From contig CBDCWC010000003.1 in the NCBI GenBank assembly GCA_965223295.1, positions 992,001 through 1,056,000 of the forward strand: DNA of 64,000 bases, written 5' to 3'. This document shows, piece by piece, positions 9,487 to 20,293 of this stretch. A model generated the notes under the pieces. The model saw nothing but the letters and a program-made list of their open reading frames with translations. It ran no database searches and was not told the DNA's origin. A program made the translations under genes and the position numbers. How positions within the stretch are numbered: position 1 is the stretch's first letter; every line of letters begins with the position of its first letter. The stretch is from Nitrospirales bacterium. GTDB taxonomy: Bacteria > Nitrospirota > Nitrospiria > Nitrospirales > UBA8639.

Positions 9487-10665
9487 TTACGAATGTGAAG
9501 CAAGGTCTTCATCCGTGCGCGTCTTGAGGCCATGATGCAAAAAAATCGACACATTACTGGATGCATTGTTGACGACAGCCAACCCAGGCTGCTCACCTCT
9601 CCCCGTGGCAATGGTCAAGGTGGTTAAGGCAAAGGGAGCATGAGGGGTAGCATAATGCCGTGGAGGATAGAGAAAGGTTCCATCGCCTTTTCCATACAAG
9701 AGTGAGATACTCCCGGATTGAATGTTGACAACGGCCACATCAGGAATCTTGTCGCCATCAAAATCTTGTGCGACGCCATGATTCGGACCAGCATCGCCCC
9801 CGGAGTCCTTCCCCTCTTGAAACGTGCCATCGCCATTGCCTAAAAACACCGTAATGGTATTCATCTCGCCATTGATCACCAGCAGGTCCAAAGCGTGGTC
9901 ACTATTAAAGTCTGCAAAAGACACACTAAGCGGCCGTTTGCCTGTCCGATAGTCTGTAGGAGACAAAAAGGTCCCATCGCCGATACCCAGCCAAATAGAC
10001 ACCGCGTGGCTCATCGGTCCGCCGTTGCTCACCGCGATATCTAAATGATTATCTGCATTGAAGTCGGCCGATGCGACCGAGGTTGGAGTATCCCCATATT
10101 CATACAGAGGTCCGACCCGAAATTTCCCATCCCCCATGCCAATGAAGACTTGGATCTTGTCGTTACGGAGTGCCACGACCATATCTGGCAAAAAGTCTTC
10201 ATTGAAATCCCCGGTCGTAATACTCACCGGGGTTCGGCGAACCATATATTGAGAACCTCTTAAAAACGTTCCGTTCCCCTGTCCTAGAAAGACCAGCGCA
10301 TGATTGTCTCCGGAACAGGCCACCACCAAATCTGAAAATTTATCTAAATTGAAATCATCAACCGCGACATTTCGCGGCTCCTGGCAAGCGGTAATAACTC
10401 GATGATCCTGAAACCCTCCATCTCCAGTACCGATGAGGAGCGAGAGGGAATTGTCTTGAATATTTGTCGTCACTAAATCCGCAAATCCGTCACCATTGAA
10501 ATCCGCACTACGAATTGACGTTGGATTTTTACCTACATGAAAATCCTTATAATGGTAGATAAGATCTGGCGGGGTATAGTCCTCCCTTTCTTGGCATCCC
10601 GCTAGCCCTAAGAGAAAGAGGCAGACAATCAGGGAGAGGAACCTGTAAAAACTATGAAACAACAT
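9487..10665 (-). CDS. FG-GAP/VCBS repeat beta-propeller lipoprotein
   Basis: Repeated ADFNxDGxxDL...GxGDGTF; lipobox LAGC; start uncertain (frame open to 10779). Confidence 0.88.
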   Translation of the reverse strand: MLFHSFYRFLSLIVCLFLLGLAGCQEREDYTPPDLIYHYKDFHVGKNPTSIRSADFNGDGFADLVTTNIQDNSLSLLIGTGDGGFQDHRVITACQEPRNVAVDDFNLDKFSDLVVACSGDNHALVFLGQGNGTFLRGSQYMVRRTPVSITTGDFNEDFLPDMVVALRNDKIQVFIGMGDGKFRVGPLYEYGDTPTSVASADFNADNHLDIAVSNGGPMSHAVSIWLGIGDGTFLSPTDYRTGKRPLSVSFADFNSDHALDLLVINGEMNTITVFLGNGDGTFQEGKDSGGDAGPNHGVAQDFDGDKIPDVAVVNIQSGSISLLYGKGDGTFLYPPRHYATPHAPFALTTLTIATGRGEQPGLAVVNNASSNVSIFLHHGLKTRTDEDLASHS

Positions 10666-10931
10666 TCCCAAAAACTTACCGCCTTCCCCACAGGAAAGAG
10701 AAACCATCACTGACATGAAAAAAATCCCAAAATTCGGCCCGAGTATACGGATTTCCCTAAATCTTGTAAAACAGCTCACAGAAAGAAGGCGCTGAGGGAT
10801 TTATCCTCTTGATCTATTCTCGGTTGACTGAAAAGAACCGAAGCCGAGCGCAAAAATCTACTAGCAGAGCATGACGGCTTTGTGGTATAGAATTTTTTTG
10901 GACTATTTTCGTGTTTTTGTAAGGAGGAATT

Positions 10932-11255
10932 ATGGCTGCGGGAAAAGAAAAGATCGATTTAAGCATGTATGGCGTGGCAGAAATCGTGAAGTGGTGCGTG
11001 ACTCGTAATAATGGTCGCGTTCCTGGGGTTGATACACCAGTCTTTCAAGATCTTCAAAATGCGGTGAAGGAAAAACCGGCGACAAACGACTACTATGCAT
11101 TGGACCAATTTTGGAAAACTCGGAAGGTTTTTGAATTTTCACCCGAAGAAGTCGCCACCATTGACCGCTGTCTCTATGACATACCCAACTTTGACGGGGC
11201 TCAACTTCCACAAATACGTTATAAATTCTGGCCAAAAACTGTCGTCCACCAGTAA
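10932..11255 (+). CDS. Hypothetical protein
   Basis: 107 aa; strong AGGAGG RBS. Confidence 0.8.
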   Translation: MAAGKEKIDLSMYGVAEIVKWCVTRNNGRVPGVDTPVFQDLQNAVKEKPATNDYYALDQFWKTRKVFEFSPEEVATIDRCLYDIPNFDGAQLPQIRYKFWPKTVVHQ

Positions 11256-11339
11256 ACTTTCAAACACCCGCTCTCACCCCATCAGATTATCTGATGGGGA
11301 TTCTTTGCATTGCCTAGTAAGCCTGTTCAATCCTTCCCC

Positions 11340-11984
11340 TTACCACCACTGCCACTCTTGCGTCATCAGGACGTGGATTCCCAAGATAAAATTTGTCGTG
11401 GCATGTGCGACCACACAGGGCCATAAACGTCTCGTTTGGTAATACAGACCATTATACGCCACTCCAGCCATCATTCCAGCTAACCATAAATTATGCTCTA
11501 ATCCAAATAACACCACCGTGGCTGCAAATGATCCAATCGTGAATGTCCCGAACGCGACTTTTTCAAAATCAGGGTTGACGACCCATCGAATCAAAAATGA
11601 GCGCCAAAAGAGTTCTTCCATCAGAGGAACAACAATGGAGGCTCCAAATATCCGGATCGCTGCTAAGCCCCATCCAACTCCTGAGCCTTCCTGAAACGGA
11701 TTATAGCCGGATACCTCGCCTTGAATGGCCCATGACCAATCCATCCTAACCCATAGGAAATAGACCAATACCCCTATACCAACCGCCCAGGCTGCTTCCT
11801 TAGCATCTAGAAACACAGGTCGCTGTAATTCTTGATATGACGACCAGAAAAATATCAATAGCCCGAGGACAATCGCCGTTTTAATCGGGTAGAGCCAAAG
11901 ATCAGCGCCTGAACCTGCCGGCAAGACACTGCTAACCGCAATGAATCCCATATAGGTTGCAAATGGAAGAACCCGTGGCCACAT
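11340..11984 (-). CDS. CAAX prenyl protease-related (CPBP family) membrane protease
   Basis: VVPLMEELFWRSFL, FGLEH, AHATTN. Confidence 0.9.
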   Translation of the reverse strand: MWPRVLPFATYMGFIAVSSVLPAGSGADLWLYPIKTAIVLGLLIFFWSSYQELQRPVFLDAKEAAWAVGIGVLVYFLWVRMDWSWAIQGEVSGYNPFQEGSGVGWGLAAIRIFGASIVVPLMEELFWRSFLIRWVVNPDFEKVAFGTFTIGSFAATVVLFGLEHNLWLAGMMAGVAYNGLYYQTRRLWPCVVAHATTNFILGIHVLMTQEWQWW

Positions 11985-12119
11985 TGTTTGAACCCTTTCA
12001 GTCTAGATCACCTATTTTTATACTTATCATTTCGCCATAGAATTAATTAGCGATGCATCTTAAACTGGTCGGAAAAACCCGAAATGGGCTCAATGGTCTG
12101 TTTGTCTAGGCCGACTGCT

Positions 12120-13673
12120 TTAGGCTTCACCCTGCAGCAAATCTAGAGGAGAGAAATCGTCTGTAAGAATCTGTCCGGGTTTCAAAGGCACGGGAGTATG
12201 GGACAAGAAATACTCTAACCCTTCGGCTGGAAATTGATTCTGATTCATCGAACGCATTAAGAGATTAACAAATTGAGATGCCTGCATTTTTTTCACTGGT
12301 TTGCCCGCAAAAAATATCAAGTTAACAGAGCCCTTTTTGGTTTTCAACCAATCAGGGCCAGCTACGCCATAGGTGGTAATATTCTCGAAAGCTAAGCCCA
12401 TTGTTGTAAATACGGCTTCTGCCCGTCGAACATTCGCGGGAGCATCGGAAGAGGCAAGGTTGACCGCAATCGCACCGTCAGGATGAACATGGTCACGCAG
12501 TTCTTCAAAAAACTCTTGAGTCGTGACATGAAAGGGAATCAAATGCCTGGCAAACACATCCACCCAAACGACATCATAACGAGTCGGATTATGACGGAGA
12601 AAGGTCCGGGCATCTTGCACCACGACATGATGATTGTCAGGTGGGGCATAGTCAAAATACTCTGCCGCCGCATCCACCACCGAAGGATCCATTTCCACGA
12701 CATCTAACTCCAGGTTGGGCCAATGCTTGGCCAACCATTTGGCAAGTGAACCGCCTCCATGACCGAGAATCAGTCCTCGGGCAGGTTTCTCCAGAATTGG
12801 TAAGATTCCCATCATCACCTGGCTATAGGGTAACGCCAAGAATGTCGGTTCCGCCTTCCACATAACTGCATGAAACGTGTTATTTAAGATGAGATAACGA
12901 AACAAATCATTCTCGCTCACCCGGACTTGTTGATAGGGACTATCTTCCTGATGAATCGCCGGAGGTAAGATGATCACCGGGTGAAAGCCCATCCAGGTTA
13001 TTCCTCCCGCGACGGCGAACATTGCCACTTGAAGTCCAAGAGAAAGTAATCGGCTTTGCAGAGTCCAAATCACTCCTAATATCATTAAGACAACGCCTAA
13101 AACCGCCACGAGAGTTGTGCTTCCCATCCAGGTCAATAAATAGAATGAGGTACCCCATGTCCCAACCAAACTTCCCATCGTAGAAACGGCGATCATCCCG
13201 CCCGTATGACGGCCGAGATGCCCCATATCAGCAATCGCAAGGCGTAAGAGCGCAGGCAACACACCACTTAACCCAAATGCAGGAATGGCTAATAGCGCAC
13301 TCGCCCCAAAGCAGGGACCCCAGCGGGGATCTTGAATCCATTGAAAGACTTGAAATACGACGGGCTGCCCGGCCCATGCCAAGAGCAGCGTCCAACTGCC
13401 AGATGCCAACAATAGCCCCGCCAACACGCGCTGGGGAGGGAACCGATCGGCGAACCATCCTCCTGCAGCATACCCGGAGCTCATAGCGGCCAGCACAACG
13501 CCAATAAGCGCTCCCCAGACGAAAAGCGAACTGCCAAACACCGGCGCCAGCAAACGGCTGCCGACGATTTCCAGCCCCATCACCACCGCACCGGTCGCAA
13601 ATGCCGTCGCAAAACACCACCATCGTGGTAGGCTAATAGGGGAAGAGGATTTGAGGGGAGGAGATGCTGTCAT
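12120..13673 (-). CDS. Fused membrane domain / spermidine synthase-like SAM-binding protein
   Basis: GLEIVGSRLLAPVFGSS TM region; LILGHGGGSL, VVEMDP, DAR, ILTDDFSP. Confidence 0.88.
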   Translation of the reverse strand: MTASPPLKSSSPISLPRWWCFATAFATGAVVMGLEIVGSRLLAPVFGSSLFVWGALIGVVLAAMSSGYAAGGWFADRFPPQRVLAGLLLASGSWTLLLAWAGQPVVFQVFQWIQDPRWGPCFGASALLAIPAFGLSGVLPALLRLAIADMGHLGRHTGGMIAVSTMGSLVGTWGTSFYLLTWMGSTTLVAVLGVVLMILGVIWTLQSRLLSLGLQVAMFAVAGGITWMGFHPVIILPPAIHQEDSPYQQVRVSENDLFRYLILNNTFHAVMWKAEPTFLALPYSQVMMGILPILEKPARGLILGHGGGSLAKWLAKHWPNLELDVVEMDPSVVDAAAEYFDYAPPDNHHVVVQDARTFLRHNPTRYDVVWVDVFARHLIPFHVTTQEFFEELRDHVHPDGAIAVNLASSDAPANVRRAEAVFTTMGLAFENITTYGVAGPDWLKTKKGSVNLIFFAGKPVKKMQASQFVNLLMRSMNQNQFPAEGLEYFLSHTPVPLKPGQILTDDFSPLDLLQGEA

Positions 13674-13857
13674 TCTATATACGGCTTTAGAGGCAAAAGG
13701 GAAATGATGCTAAAGCATGACCTTTAGGGTGTCAATTCGCCATATGCCGATTTTTGAATGGAATGAAATTTTTCTCTCCAACTCTCTGATTCCGCAAGAA
13801 TTCCAACGCTGTGTAAGATGGAACTCCTATCAATAATTCGGTAACATTCTTTCTCGG

Positions 13858-15483
13858 ATGACCCAATCCCCTTCATCTCCATCAAATTCAGCCTCTCCTC
13901 AAAACCAGCAAGGAGAAACACAGCAGATTAGTCGAGCCGCAGGTTTGATCGGGGCCGCCACGTTCTGTAGCCGCATTTTGGGCTTTATTCGCGACATGAT
14001 CTTAGCCAGCTTGTTTGGGGCTCATGCCGCCGCCGATGCCTTTTACATCGCCTATCGTATTCCAAATCTATTACGGGAACTGTTCGCAGAAGGCTCTATG
14101 TCTTCGGCTTTTATCCCCGTGTTTACGGAATATCATTCCACACGATCGAAACAAGAAGCTTGGGAGCTGGCCAGTGCGGCCTTTACCACGCTCCTAACAC
14201 TTGTCACCCTTGTCACGCTCCTGGGCGTTCTGGCCGCTCCAAGCCTCGTTTGGCTGTTGGCTCCGGGTCTTCATGATAACGCCGCACAACTGGCCACCAC
14301 CACGCTCCTGACACAAATCATGTTTCCGTACTTACTGTTTGTGAGCCTAGCGGCGCTCGCCATGGGCATTCTCAATGCGCTGCGTTCATTTGCCATTCCT
14401 GCCTTGGCTCCAGTGTTCTTTAATGTCTGCGTGATCGTCTTTGCGTTGGCAGTTTCTCCATTCTTTGAACAACCGATTCTGGCTGTGGCCCTGGGAATTG
14501 TCGTGGGAGGATTGGCGCAATTTCTTATGCAATTACCGGGGTTACACAAAAAAGGGTTCTTACTCTCCTGGAATTTTCATCCGACACATCCAGGCGTCAA
14601 ACGAATGGGCGTCCTGCTCATTCCTACACTTCTAGGGTTAGCCGTCACACAAATTAACTTAACGATTAGCACTATCTTAGCCTCGTATTTTGAGGGCGGG
14701 CCAACCTACTTGTTTTATGGCATGCGGCTCATCCAATTTCCGTTGGGAATATTCGGTGTGGCCATGGCCACGGCGATCTTGCCAAGCTTGTCCACACATG
14801 CCGCAAAGGGGGCACATGATGAACTGCGAGCAACGGTCAATTTTGGTTTGCGAATGGTGTTCTTTATCATTCTGCCTTCCATGGTTGGACTCATGCTTCT
14901 GAGAACGCCAATTATTCATCTGTTCTTTGAGCATGGAGCTTTTTCAGCGCTGGATACCATTGGCACGGCTTCAGCTTTGTTAGGATTCTCCGTGGGATTG
15001 TGGGCCTTCGCCAGCTATCGAATTTTAGCAATGGCTTTTTATTCGTTGCAGGACACCCGAACCCCAGCAGCCGTAGCTATTGCCTCAGTTGGACTCAACA
15101 TTGGACTATCTTTATGGCTCATGACGCCACTTGGCCATACTGGATTAGCATTGGCCGCCGGAATAGCGGCTATTGGGAATGCACTCATATTGGCGGCGAT
15201 TTTAGGTCAACGGCTACAGGGTCTATTGTGGTCCAAATTAGGTGCCTCGCTTGCTCGAACAGGACTTGCCTTGCTTCCTGTAGTTGGTCTTTGCCATTGG
15301 ATCGCTTCTCTTCCCTTATGGCAAGAAGCCGAGCACATTCCACTAAAAATAGCCTGGCTGTGCCTCACCATCGGAGGCAGTGCTCTTGGATACTTTGGCA
15401 TTCACTATCTCATGCATTCTGATGAATTGACACATCTAAAACTGATGCTTCGCCGAAGATTGCCGAAGCAATCTTCTCAATAA
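13858..15483 (+). CDS. murJ: Lipid II flippase MurJ
   Basis: SRILGFIRD, AYRIPNLLRELFAEGSMSSAFIPVF, RLIQFPLGIFG. Confidence 0.97.
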   Translation: MTQSPSSPSNSASPQNQQGETQQISRAAGLIGAATFCSRILGFIRDMILASLFGAHAAADAFYIAYRIPNLLRELFAEGSMSSAFIPVFTEYHSTRSKQEAWELASAAFTTLLTLVTLVTLLGVLAAPSLVWLLAPGLHDNAAQLATTTLLTQIMFPYLLFVSLAALAMGILNALRSFAIPALAPVFFNVCVIVFALAVSPFFEQPILAVALGIVVGGLAQFLMQLPGLHKKGFLLSWNFHPTHPGVKRMGVLLIPTLLGLAVTQINLTISTILASYFEGGPTYLFYGMRLIQFPLGIFGVAMATAILPSLSTHAAKGAHDELRATVNFGLRMVFFIILPSMVGLMLLRTPIIHLFFEHGAFSALDTIGTASALLGFSVGLWAFASYRILAMAFYSLQDTRTPAAVAIASVGLNIGLSLWLMTPLGHTGLALAAGIAAIGNALILAAILGQRLQGLLWSKLGASLARTGLALLPVVGLCHWIASLPLWQEAEHIPLKIAWLCLTIGGSALGYFGIHYLMHSDELTHLKLMLRRRLPKQSSQ

Positions 15484-15500
15484 CCATATTCTTCATCTTC

Positions 15501-15965
15501 ATGATTGCCGTCATTCAACGAGTCACTCGCGCCTCTGCAATGGTAGACAATTTCTGCCTTGCATCCATTCGGCAAGGGCTGTTGGTGTTGCTCGGGATCT
15601 CAAAAGGGGATGGCGAACCCGATGTTCAGTTCATGGTTGACAAAATCCCTCGATTGCGGATTTTTTCTGATCCGCAGGGCCGCATGAATCATTCTCTTCA
15701 AGATATCAAGGGAGAACTGCTCCTGGTCTCTCAATTTACCCTATTGGCCAATACAACCAAAGGGCGGCGCCCCAGCTTTGAATATGCCGCTCCTCCGGAA
15801 TTGGCACAACCGCTGTACCAGAGCCTGCTGGAGCAGCTCCAATCGTTAGGCATCGTGATTCAGAGCGGACGCTTCGGTGCTTCAATGAACGTCAGCCTGG
15901 AAAATGATGGTCCTGTCACCTTGATTCTTGACAGCCGAGCCAAAGAAAGGAGAGAAAAGGGTTAA
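15501..15965 (+). CDS. dtd: D-aminoacyl-tRNA deacylase
   Basis: VIQRV, VSQFTL, KGRRPSF, NDGPVT. Confidence 0.97.
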   Translation: MIAVIQRVTRASAMVDNFCLASIRQGLLVLLGISKGDGEPDVQFMVDKIPRLRIFSDPQGRMNHSLQDIKGELLLVSQFTLLANTTKGRRPSFEYAAPPELAQPLYQSLLEQLQSLGIVIQSGRFGASMNVSLENDGPVTLILDSRAKERREKG

Positions 15966-16044
15966 GGACCATTGCCTGTAGGCCGATAGAACTATAACAG
16001 CGCTATCTTTAGAACCTTGGAATGAGAGAAGAGGAGGGAAGAGC

Positions 16045-16611
16045 ATGACCACGCCTATCCCTGAGCAACATCCGCTGAAGCAATTATTTGGTCGATTGAC
16101 CGAACGAAATTTTTCTGAAGCCTTGGGCTGGCCGGATTTTCAAGTGACCAACTATGTCTCGAATCTTCTTCTAGAATTTATTCATACCGACCAACTCACC
16201 CGCATCAAAAACCACGAAGGCGAGCCGGTTGAAACTGTGGTGGAACTATTGTACGAAGCGGAAAGCCATAGCCAGCATTCCTCCGTCGAAAAAGAATGTG
16301 ATATTCACCGGCACATTGGCGATTTAACCTTATTTCTCGCTGGAGTGTTCCCCGAGTATTGCAGCCATATTAAATGTTCAGGACTTATTCATCATAAAGA
16401 CTTCTTGGTCGATTACGTCAAAGCTGGAAAACGCTCTTACGGGATAGTCGCGACACATCAAGACCCTCACGATAAGAACCCTCCCTCCTTGTTCCAAACC
16501 TTGTCGAGCAATTTTGAACTCTGTGTCGCTGGCCTGGGATTTGTCCGCCTAGATCTTGACCGATTCCAAGATTCATCGACTCAACAAGCTAAAACCATTC
16601 TCTACCATTGA
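16045..16611 (+). CDS. Hypothetical protein
   Basis: 188 aa; GGAGG RBS; RHIGDLTLFLAGVFPEY...YVKAGKRSY. Confidence 0.8.
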   Translation: MTTPIPEQHPLKQLFGRLTERNFSEALGWPDFQVTNYVSNLLLEFIHTDQLTRIKNHEGEPVETVVELLYEAESHSQHSSVEKECDIHRHIGDLTLFLAGVFPEYCSHIKCSGLIHHKDFLVDYVKAGKRSYGIVATHQDPHDKNPPSLFQTLSSNFELCVAGLGFVRLDLDRFQDSSTQQAKTILYH

Positions 16612-16968
16612 AAATTTGAGGCTGAACTGATTTCAATCTTCAATTGCACACAACCTTCAAGAAAACAACCCAATGAATCCCTTCTGCTAGCATTGTCCGA
16701 CCTCTAATCCTACTTGTTTGCTCAACATGGTACATGCGTTTTCAAGCTCAAGGTCTTTCGCATCCATGATCAGACTGTGACAACAAGGGAAAAAATGATG
16801 TTTTTTGATAGATTCAGCTACAGAACGAACAGAATATGCCGAAATGACATAAGAAGAAAAATACGTCACATCCTTGTTTGCCTGTCCCACTGAACAAGGA
16901 GGGTAAAAATCGTCGGGACATGAGGCCTTCAGGATACCTCAAACCAGGCTTCTTCCTGAAACAATCGT

Positions 16969-18489
16969 ATGACTCCGGAACTCAAAGAAAAGCTCCAGTC
17001 TTGCCCTAATCTCCCTAGCCCTCCGACCATCGCCCTACAAGTTATTGAACTGGCGAACGATCCGGAGATTGATTTCAAGAAAATTATTCAGCTTCTAAAT
17101 TGTGATCCAGCCTTAGCCAGCAAGATTTTACGGATTGCGAATTCCCCGTTATACCCTTATGTCAAAAAAGTTGAAAATCTTCACCAAGCGATCATGGTGC
17201 TTGGCGTCAACGCCACCATTTCTCTCGCTCTGTCTTTTTCCTTAACTCAGTCGTTACAAACCACAAAAGGAGCAGGGCTGGATTATTCTCTGTACTGGAA
17301 ACGAGCAATGCTGGCTGGAATGGCCTGTCAGGTTATGGGAAGTGTCTGCCAGGTTCCCGAAATCGAAGAATTGTATTTGGCGGGGCTACTACAAGACTTA
17401 GGCATGCTGGCTCTGGATCAAGTGTTCCCTGAGCTTTATGCGACTTATACGGGACAACAAAGTCACCATGATAGCCTGGTCTCGCATGAACAGCAAACTC
17501 TCGGGATCACCCATGGGGCCGTAGGAAGCTGGCTTCTTGCTCAATGGAATCTACCGGATCGTCTGCGGTTAGCCGTGGCCGGAAGCGATGATGCTTCGCG
17601 TGTTCCCGCTCTAGATGAGCGAGCGATATTCACGTACTGCGTCTCCCTGTCGGGAATGCTGGCAGAAATCTTTTTACGGGAAACTGATGACAGTTACCTG
17701 GAAAAAGTTAAAGAACAAGCGAGGTCTCTGTTGCAACTCACGCCCGAAACGCTCATGGAGATCTTAGAAACCATCAAAGATCGTCTACCTCACACTGAGC
17801 GTATTTTCGAAACCGATTTACAAACCTGGAATAATCCTCAGGTTATTTTGGAAAGCGCCAGAGAGTCACTGTTAACCCGAAACCTCCAGGCGTTACAACA
17901 AGTCGAGGAACTCAGAATTAACAACGCCAACATGGAAGCTCAATTCCTGAACCTAGAAGAGACCCACCGGCATGACGCCCTGACTGGAACATTAACTCGA
18001 GCCCATTTGGATAAATGTTTGGACGCATCTTTCGATGAAGCTCTTGCCAATGGTGAATGCCTCACATTGATCTTTGGAGACTTGGACAAATTTAAATCTG
18101 TGAATGACACCTATGGTCATCAGGCAGGAGATATGGTTCTACAATCTGCAGCTCGCCTGCTGCTATCCAATCTTCGTACGACAGACGTCGTAGGACGTTT
18201 TGGGGGCGAAGAATTTGTCCTTGTTCTGCCAAAATCGACCACATCAGGAGCCGAAACCGTGGCTGAAAGAATTCTGTCAGCCTTTCGCACCACGACGCAT
18301 GAGATAGCCAACAAGCAAAGCCTAACTGTGACGATTTCTCTTGGAATGGCCACACATACGCCAGAGGCCCCCTATTCCAATGTCACGGATCTCCTACACC
18401 ATGCAGATGAAGCTGTCTATTACTCCAAAACACACGGCGGCAATCAGTATACGATTTACCACACGATGAAGACCGAACAGCCAGCGTAA
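16969..18489 (+). CDS. HDOD-GGDEF diguanylate cyclase
   Basis: LPSPP...DPALASKILRIANSP (HDOD); DLDKFKSVNDTYGHQAGD, RFGGEEF with RxxD I-site. Confidence 0.94.
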   Translation: MTPELKEKLQSCPNLPSPPTIALQVIELANDPEIDFKKIIQLLNCDPALASKILRIANSPLYPYVKKVENLHQAIMVLGVNATISLALSFSLTQSLQTTKGAGLDYSLYWKRAMLAGMACQVMGSVCQVPEIEELYLAGLLQDLGMLALDQVFPELYATYTGQQSHHDSLVSHEQQTLGITHGAVGSWLLAQWNLPDRLRLAVAGSDDASRVPALDERAIFTYCVSLSGMLAEIFLRETDDSYLEKVKEQARSLLQLTPETLMEILETIKDRLPHTERIFETDLQTWNNPQVILESARESLLTRNLQALQQVEELRINNANMEAQFLNLEETHRHDALTGTLTRAHLDKCLDASFDEALANGECLTLIFGDLDKFKSVNDTYGHQAGDMVLQSAARLLLSNLRTTDVVGRFGGEEFVLVLPKSTTSGAETVAERILSAFRTTTHEIANKQSLTVTISLGMATHTPEAPYSNVTDLLHHADEAVYYSKTHGGNQYTIYHTMKTEQPA

Positions 18490-18608
18490 CATCTGCCAGC
18501 GCCCCAATCACTTTTCTATATCTTCTCTTCTCGTTTACTATATCGTACAGCCATATCGACAACGGGCCCAAGCAACGAAACATGCGATAAGGCGCCAGGA
18601 CTTCCACA

Positions 18609-19061
18609 ATGAATGCTTCTATATTTCATCTGTCCATTCCTATTCGCGACATCGAATCGACGAAAGAATTTTATGTCTCGGGCTTAGGCTGTAGCATCGG
18701 CCGACAATCTGCTGTGGCGATCACCCTAGATTTTCATGGGCATCAGATAGTGGCCCATGTGACCAACGTTTTAGAGAAACCCCAACCTAGCATCTACCCA
18801 CGACACTTTGGCCTGGTCTGTCAATCGGAAGAAGAATGGAATACATGGCAGAATCGCGCCAAAAACAATCAGCTAGAATTTTTTCGTGAGCCACGTCGCC
18901 GATTCCCTGGAACCCCACTTGAACATCTAACATTTTTCCTCAAAGATCCTTCTCATAACCTCCTTGAGTTCAAATACTATTTCAACCCGAATGCCATCTT
19001 CGGAGAACGAGGCTTTTCGGAAATTGGGGATATTGACGAACACAATTCCTCTCAAGCATAA
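18609..19061 (+). CDS. VOC/glyoxalase family protein
   Basis: FHLSIP, FHGHQIVAH, YPRHFGL, FFLKDPSHNLLEFK. Confidence 0.9.
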   Translation: MNASIFHLSIPIRDIESTKEFYVSGLGCSIGRQSAVAITLDFHGHQIVAHVTNVLEKPQPSIYPRHFGLVCQSEEEWNTWQNRAKNNQLEFFREPRRRFPGTPLEHLTFFLKDPSHNLLEFKYYFNPNAIFGERGFSEIGDIDEHNSSQA

Positions 19062-19093
19062 GGCATGGCAGAAGCTCAATCACTCCTGCGAAT

Positions 19094-19723
19094 CTATGTT
19101 AGAGCTTCAAGCACTTCAGAATAATGCCCTTCCACTTTCACCTTGGGGAAGACATGACTAATCGTCCCATCTTTAGCAATTAATACCGTGGTGCGTTCAA
19201 TCCCCATATATTTACGGCCATACATAGATTTTTCCTTCCAAACTCCATAAGCCTGAATCGTCGCCTTCGATTCATCGCTCAATAAAGGAAAATTCAACGA
19301 AAATTTTTTGGAAAACTTTTGGTGAGAATCAACTGAATCTGCACTCACCCCGAATACCACAGCGCCTTTTTTTCGAATGGCCTGTAGACCATCCCTAAAC
19401 GAACAAGCTTCCTTCGTACAACCCGGAGTATCATCTTTGGGATAAAAGAACAGCACGACTTTCTTCCCCTTCAGATCAGACAGCTTCACAATTTGCCCCT
19501 TATCATTAGGCAAAGAAAATGCCGGAGCACGACTTCCCACCTTTAATCCTCCAGTCGAAACGATAGCCTTTCCTTTTGCCGTGGAAGCACGAGGTTTTTT
19601 GGTCGCAGAAGTTGCTGATTTCTTTGCTGTGGTCTTCTTCGTCGGACCCTTTGTCTTTGTCCCTGTCTTTGAGACACCAGAGCTTGGCTTCTTTCCTTTA
19701 CCTGATGATGTACCTGACGGCAT
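19094..19723 (-). CDS. bcp: Thioredoxin-dependent peroxiredoxin Bcp with Lys-rich N-terminal extension
   Basis: FYPKDDTPGCTKEACSFRD, GIERTT; AGGAGG RBS. Confidence 0.95.
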   Translation of the reverse strand: MPSGTSSGKGKKPSSGVSKTGTKTKGPTKKTTAKKSATSATKKPRASTAKGKAIVSTGGLKVGSRAPAFSLPNDKGQIVKLSDLKGKKVVLFFYPKDDTPGCTKEACSFRDGLQAIRKKGAVVFGVSADSVDSHQKFSKKFSLNFPLLSDESKATIQAYGVWKEKSMYGRKYMGIERTTVLIAKDGTISHVFPKVKVEGHYSEVLEALT

Positions 19724-19985
19724 GAATTCCTCCTGAAGATTGAATTTTAGGTAATAGAATCGGTTTAGGGCATAGAAAATGTCTGCTACGCTTATCTATT
19801 TTTACGCGTGATAGGCGTCTTCTCTGAAACAGGACAGGTGAATTGAACATTTTTGAACCCTATCTTATACCTTATGAATGGCACAACAGGCCGAAATGTT
19901 TATTTGCTGACATCAGGAGAAGGAGACTCGTGCAGATGGGAAGAGGTTCAAAAACAACCACAAGAATTTGGGAGACTTCGTTTAA

Positions 19986-20183
19986 GGATCTATTCAAAAA
20001 AACCGCCACCTACCCCGCTGGAGTAACTCAATGGGCTACGAAGGCCGAGAGCGGCGTTCCCTGCCTTCGCCGAAGCGGCTTCGCACAGGTGAGCGGACTT
20101 TTTTGAACCGACCCAACGCTGTTGATCGCCAAGGACTTCCTAACGAAATATGGCCGTTGATATCTTCATGATTCAACACTCCC
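19986..20183 (-). mobile_element. MITE family A with core largely replaced by nested palindromic inserts
   Basis: Terminus TTCAACACTCCC, arm A and internal TTTTTTGAACCGACCC conserved. Confidence 0.8.
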
Positions 20184-20231
20184 AATAGACAAATCCGAGG
20201 AATGGCTTATTCAAGATCATTTTGAATCTTC

Positions 20232-20289
20232 TTGACAATTTGCGACAATATTGTTTAAATATATTATTCCTATCGATTTAGTATGATTT
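20232..20289 (+). promoter_or_regulatory. Promoter and CymR-like operator of the sulfur operon
   Basis: TTGACA at 20232; TTATTCCTATCGATTTAGTATGATTT (20264-20289) resembles the CymR box as I recall it. Confidence 0.6.
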
Positions 20290-20293
20290 AAAA

